From positions 1 through 9,216 of IMG/VR virus record IMGVR_UViG_3300047446_000131: a DNA stretch of 9,216 bases, one strand, 5' to 3'. Below, one piece after another: positions 7,344-9,216 of the stretch; position 1 is the stretch's first letter, and the number at the start of each line of letters is the position of its first letter. Source of the stretch: a virus (taxonomy: Duplodnaviria; Heunggongvirae; Uroviricota; Caudoviricetes). The notes under the pieces are model-generated. The model searched no databases. It saw only the letters and a list, made by a program, of their open reading frames with translations, and was not told the origin of the DNA. The position numbers and the translations under genes were made by a program.

Positions 7344-8372
7344 TTATTTCACCTGAACCACCACAAACGCATCCGGATCCGGCAGCACCATCAACGGCGC
7401 AGACTGCGTCATGGTATATTCGCAACCAGGATCCCCCACTTCCTCCCAGTGTTTCGGATAACGAATCGCAGAGGTGATCCCTTCACTCAGTGCCTGATTA
7501 TCCTGAATGGCACCATAACAACGGACGCCTTCCGCCTGAGTGTTCCCCAGAATCAGTGTACCTTCCGGCAGATAACGCTGTTCATCCCCGTTTTCGTCAA
7601 CATACGTTGTCTTCGCCACCACAATTGCCAGATCGCCGTAATGGCCTTTAAAGGAAACCACGGAGCCCAGATCTTTCAGTGCCGTTTCCAGCTCAGATTT
7701 GGAGCCACGGCGGGTATCCAGTTTTTCACGGAACAGTTTAAAACCGTTCAGCATACGCCAGACCGTGCCGTCCATAATCGCGATATTGATGGTGCCGGAA
7801 GCGAAATCGCAGTACGCATCCAGATCATGCGTCGGATCGAAGGTGTCAGCATTCTGCTGTGACCATTCGCGTCCGCCAGCCTGCGTAATGTTATTGGCGA
7901 CAGAACGCCCAAAATCCACTTCCACCGTCTCAAACTGCTCGCCGCTCATGGTGTATTTACCCTGCAGAACGGCACTGACCGCCTGCATTTCTTCCACCTG
8001 CACAATCGCCTGCTCTTCCTGTTTCAGGTTGTCCGTCAGAATACGCAGACGGCGGTAAGCCGGGTCATTAAGGCGGGCCGGATCTTCTCCCGGAAGACGT
8101 TCCACTGCCTGCTGATAATCAAAGCGGTGTTTTGGTTTTACATAACCGGGACGTAACACACGGGTTTCACCACCACGGCTGCGCAGCACTTTGCCTGACA
8201 CCACCGGAGACACATACGCTGCAACCGGTGTTTTGCCGGTAATTTTATCCAGCATGACTTCCTGAGTATGGAAAGTGATCGTGCGACGAAAGAACAGCTC
8301 CAGAAACAGCGCACGAAATTTCACTTTCTGCTCGGTGTACCCGAGTAACTGACGCGTGGTAAATAACCCCAT
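7344..8372 (-). CDS. Major capsid protein (lambda gpE-like)
   Basis: Complete ORF, 342 aa, ATG start with GAAGGA upstream. Extensive similarity along the whole length to lambda gpE as I recall it, e.g. YVSPVVSGKVLRSRGG...PGYVKPKH, QVEEMQAVSAVLQGKYTMSGEQF, KLDTRRGSKSELETALKDLG, ILGNTQAEGVRCYGAIQD, MTQSAPLMVLPDPDAFVVVQ. Confidence 0.95.
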   Translation of the reverse strand: MGLFTTRQLLGYTEQKVKFRALFLELFFRRTITFHTQEVMLDKITGKTPVAAYVSPVVSGKVLRSRGGETRVLRPGYVKPKHRFDYQQAVERLPGEDPARLNDPAYRRLRILTDNLKQEEQAIVQVEEMQAVSAVLQGKYTMSGEQFETVEVDFGRSVANNITQAGGREWSQQNADTFDPTHDLDAYCDFASGTINIAIMDGTVWRMLNGFKLFREKLDTRRGSKSELETALKDLGSVVSFKGHYGDLAIVVAKTTYVDENGDEQRYLPEGTLILGNTQAEGVRCYGAIQDNQALSEGITSAIRYPKHWEEVGDPGCEYTMTQSAPLMVLPDPDAFVVVQVK

Positions 8373-8395
8373 AATTTATTTTCCTTCAGAAACAC

Positions 8396-8420
8396 AAACG
8401 GGCCGCATCGCGACCCGTTT
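8396..8420 (-). promoter_or_regulatory. Intergenic RNA hairpin between the D-like and E-like genes (possible attenuator or mRNA-stabilising structure)
   Basis: On the minus-strand RNA an 11-bp stem with one G-U wobble (plus 8396-8406 pairing with 8410-8420, 3-nt loop), followed by a moderately U-rich stretch and then the capsid gene Shine-Dalgarno. Structure predicted by eye only. Confidence 0.35.
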
Positions 8421-8440
8421 TTCAGTTAATCACTTCACCA

Positions 8441-8776
8441 TCAGGCGTGGCTGATGGCACTTCCCACAAATGCGTTGGCTTTTTTCACCGCATCCACAGA
8501 GTCAGGCCAGACCAGCGACTCAGTGGCAAACGTACCGCTTTTGTAGTACGTCAGCGTGGGTTCTGTTCCGGTAAGCGCCAGAGCCAGCACCCCCACTGCC
8601 GTTCCGGCTTTCTGACCATCCCATGCCACCAGTTTACCGGTGGCGTCATCCAGCATCAGTGGCGTCAGTGCAGGCGTGGCAGCACTGATACCACTGATGG
8701 CTATAGCGGTATGCGCCGGATCGCTTCCGGTAAAAATACGTACATCCGCACGCGTCTCTGTCGTGGTTTTAATCAT
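8441..8776 (-). CDS. Head decoration protein (lambda gpD-like)
   Basis: The track ORF 8441..8806 starts at GTG. The ATG at 8776 (MIKTTTETRADVRIFTGSDPAHTAIA...) has GGGAG about 9 nt upstream and gives 111 aa (lambda D is about 110 aa). Motifs SDPAHTA, TPLMLD, KLVAWDG, YKSGTF and AFVGSAIS align with lambda gpD as I recall it (SDPAHTA, TPLMLD, KLVAWDG, YKSGTF, AFAGTAIS). Confidence 0.9.
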   Translation of the reverse strand: MIKTTTETRADVRIFTGSDPAHTAIAISGISAATPALTPLMLDDATGKLVAWDGQKAGTAVGVLALALTGTEPTLTYYKSGTFATESLVWPDSVDAVKKANAFVGSAISHA

Positions 8777-8815
8777 CTTTTCTGACTCCCGATTTATCTG
8801 AATCACTGTTGCCGC

Positions 8816-9216
8816 TTACGGCATACTCATCAGCAGGTCTTCTTCCCCGCGTCCGGCAGTTCCGCCGCCGGAAACCGCGCTGGCGGCATGCTGTGCCATA
8901 AAGCGATCAAAAAGCGTTTCCTGTGACGGTTGTGATGCCGCCGGTGCGGCTGCCAGCAATGTTTTCGCCTGCTCAACCGTCATTCCCGGTTGTTCTGCCA
9001 GTGCCTGTGCCAGTTGCTCGCGCCCTTTCGCCTCCGACAGTGCCATAATCTGCTCACCGGCACTTGCTGAACCAGCAACCGGTGCCGCTGCCAGTAACGT
9101 TTTTGCCTGGCCAACGGTCATTCCCGGCTGTTCAGCCAGCGCCTGCGCCAGTTGTTCACGCCCTTTTGCTTCCGGCAACGCCATAATCTGATCGCCTGTG
9201 CCTGCAGCACTGGCAG
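8816..9216 (-). CDS. Prohead scaffold/protease (lambda C/Nu3-like), C-terminal part; gene runs off the right edge
   Basis: The reading frame is open from the window edge to the TAA at 8816; the track shows only an internal-Met segment 8816..9184. The C-terminal motif QIMALSEAKGREQLAQALAEQPGMTVEQAKTLLAAAP matches the lambda C/Nu3 C-terminus as I recall it (RIMGILNCEEAHGREEQARVLAETPGMTVKTARRILAAAP). It lies directly upstream of the D-like gene, as in lambda. Confidence 0.8.
   Translation of the reverse strand, partial: ASAAGTGDQIMALPEAKGREQLAQALAEQPGMTVGQAKTLLAAAPVAGSASAGEQIMALSEAKGREQLAQALAEQPGMTVEQAKTLLAAAPAASQPSQETLFDRFMAQHAASAVSGGGTAGRGEEDLLMSMP
8909..9216 (-). repeat. In-frame tandem repeat, 138-bp (46-aa) unit, inside the scaffold gene: two full copies plus a partial third at the window edge
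   Basis: Units at about 8909-9046 and 9047-9184, with a third starting at 9185. Manual alignment of 106 nt of the two full copies shows 18 mismatches, mostly at codon third positions, while the encoded 35-aa cores differ at only 2 residues. Confidence 0.75.

Noticed and set aside
7119-7862. Long plus-strand ORF of 247 aa (and the nested 7127..7477 ORF) antisense to the major capsid and FI-like genes
   Set aside because: Arg/Pro/His-rich low-complexity translation typical of the antisense frame of GC-rich coding DNA. No Shine-Dalgarno sequence, and it fully overlaps a strongly supported capsid gene.
8393-8425. Plus-strand terminator reading of the D-E intergenic hairpin (stem followed by TTTTT on the plus strand)
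   Set aside because: No plus-strand gene ends here; plus-strand transcription would be antisense to the operon. The hairpin is more simply a minus-strand mRNA structure, although a role in stopping antisense transcription cannot be excluded.
8909-9216. CRISPR array or non-coding satellite as an explanation for the tandem repeat
   Set aside because: The repeats are 138 bp, contiguous without spacers, in frame within an open reading frame, and diverge mainly at synonymous positions. They are protein-coding repeats.

Overview
The whole window is one densely packed, co-directional (minus-strand) block of phage late structural genes, most likely part of a prophage in an enterobacterial-type genome. 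No plus-strand gene is supported. Reading in the direction of transcription (high to low coordinates): a lambda-type head module (C/Nu3 scaffold C-terminus running off the right edge, D-like decoration protein, E-like major capsid protein, FI-like packaging protein, FII-like head-tail joining protein), then two uncharacterised junction proteins, then a P2-type contractile-tail module (spike V, W, J, I, tail fiber H, tail fiber assembly G, and the start of the sheath gene FI running off the left edge). Family assignments come from recalled similarity of the translated ORFs to lambda and P2 proteins, not from a database search. Intergenic gaps are 13-70 bp, so there is no room for cargo, defence, integrase, tRNA or CRISPR loci. 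The points worth a second look are the head/tail mosaic junction, an in-frame tandem repeat in the scaffold C-terminus, and two intrinsic terminators inside the operon that imply antitermination-dependent read-through. I do not see a self-contained novel system here.
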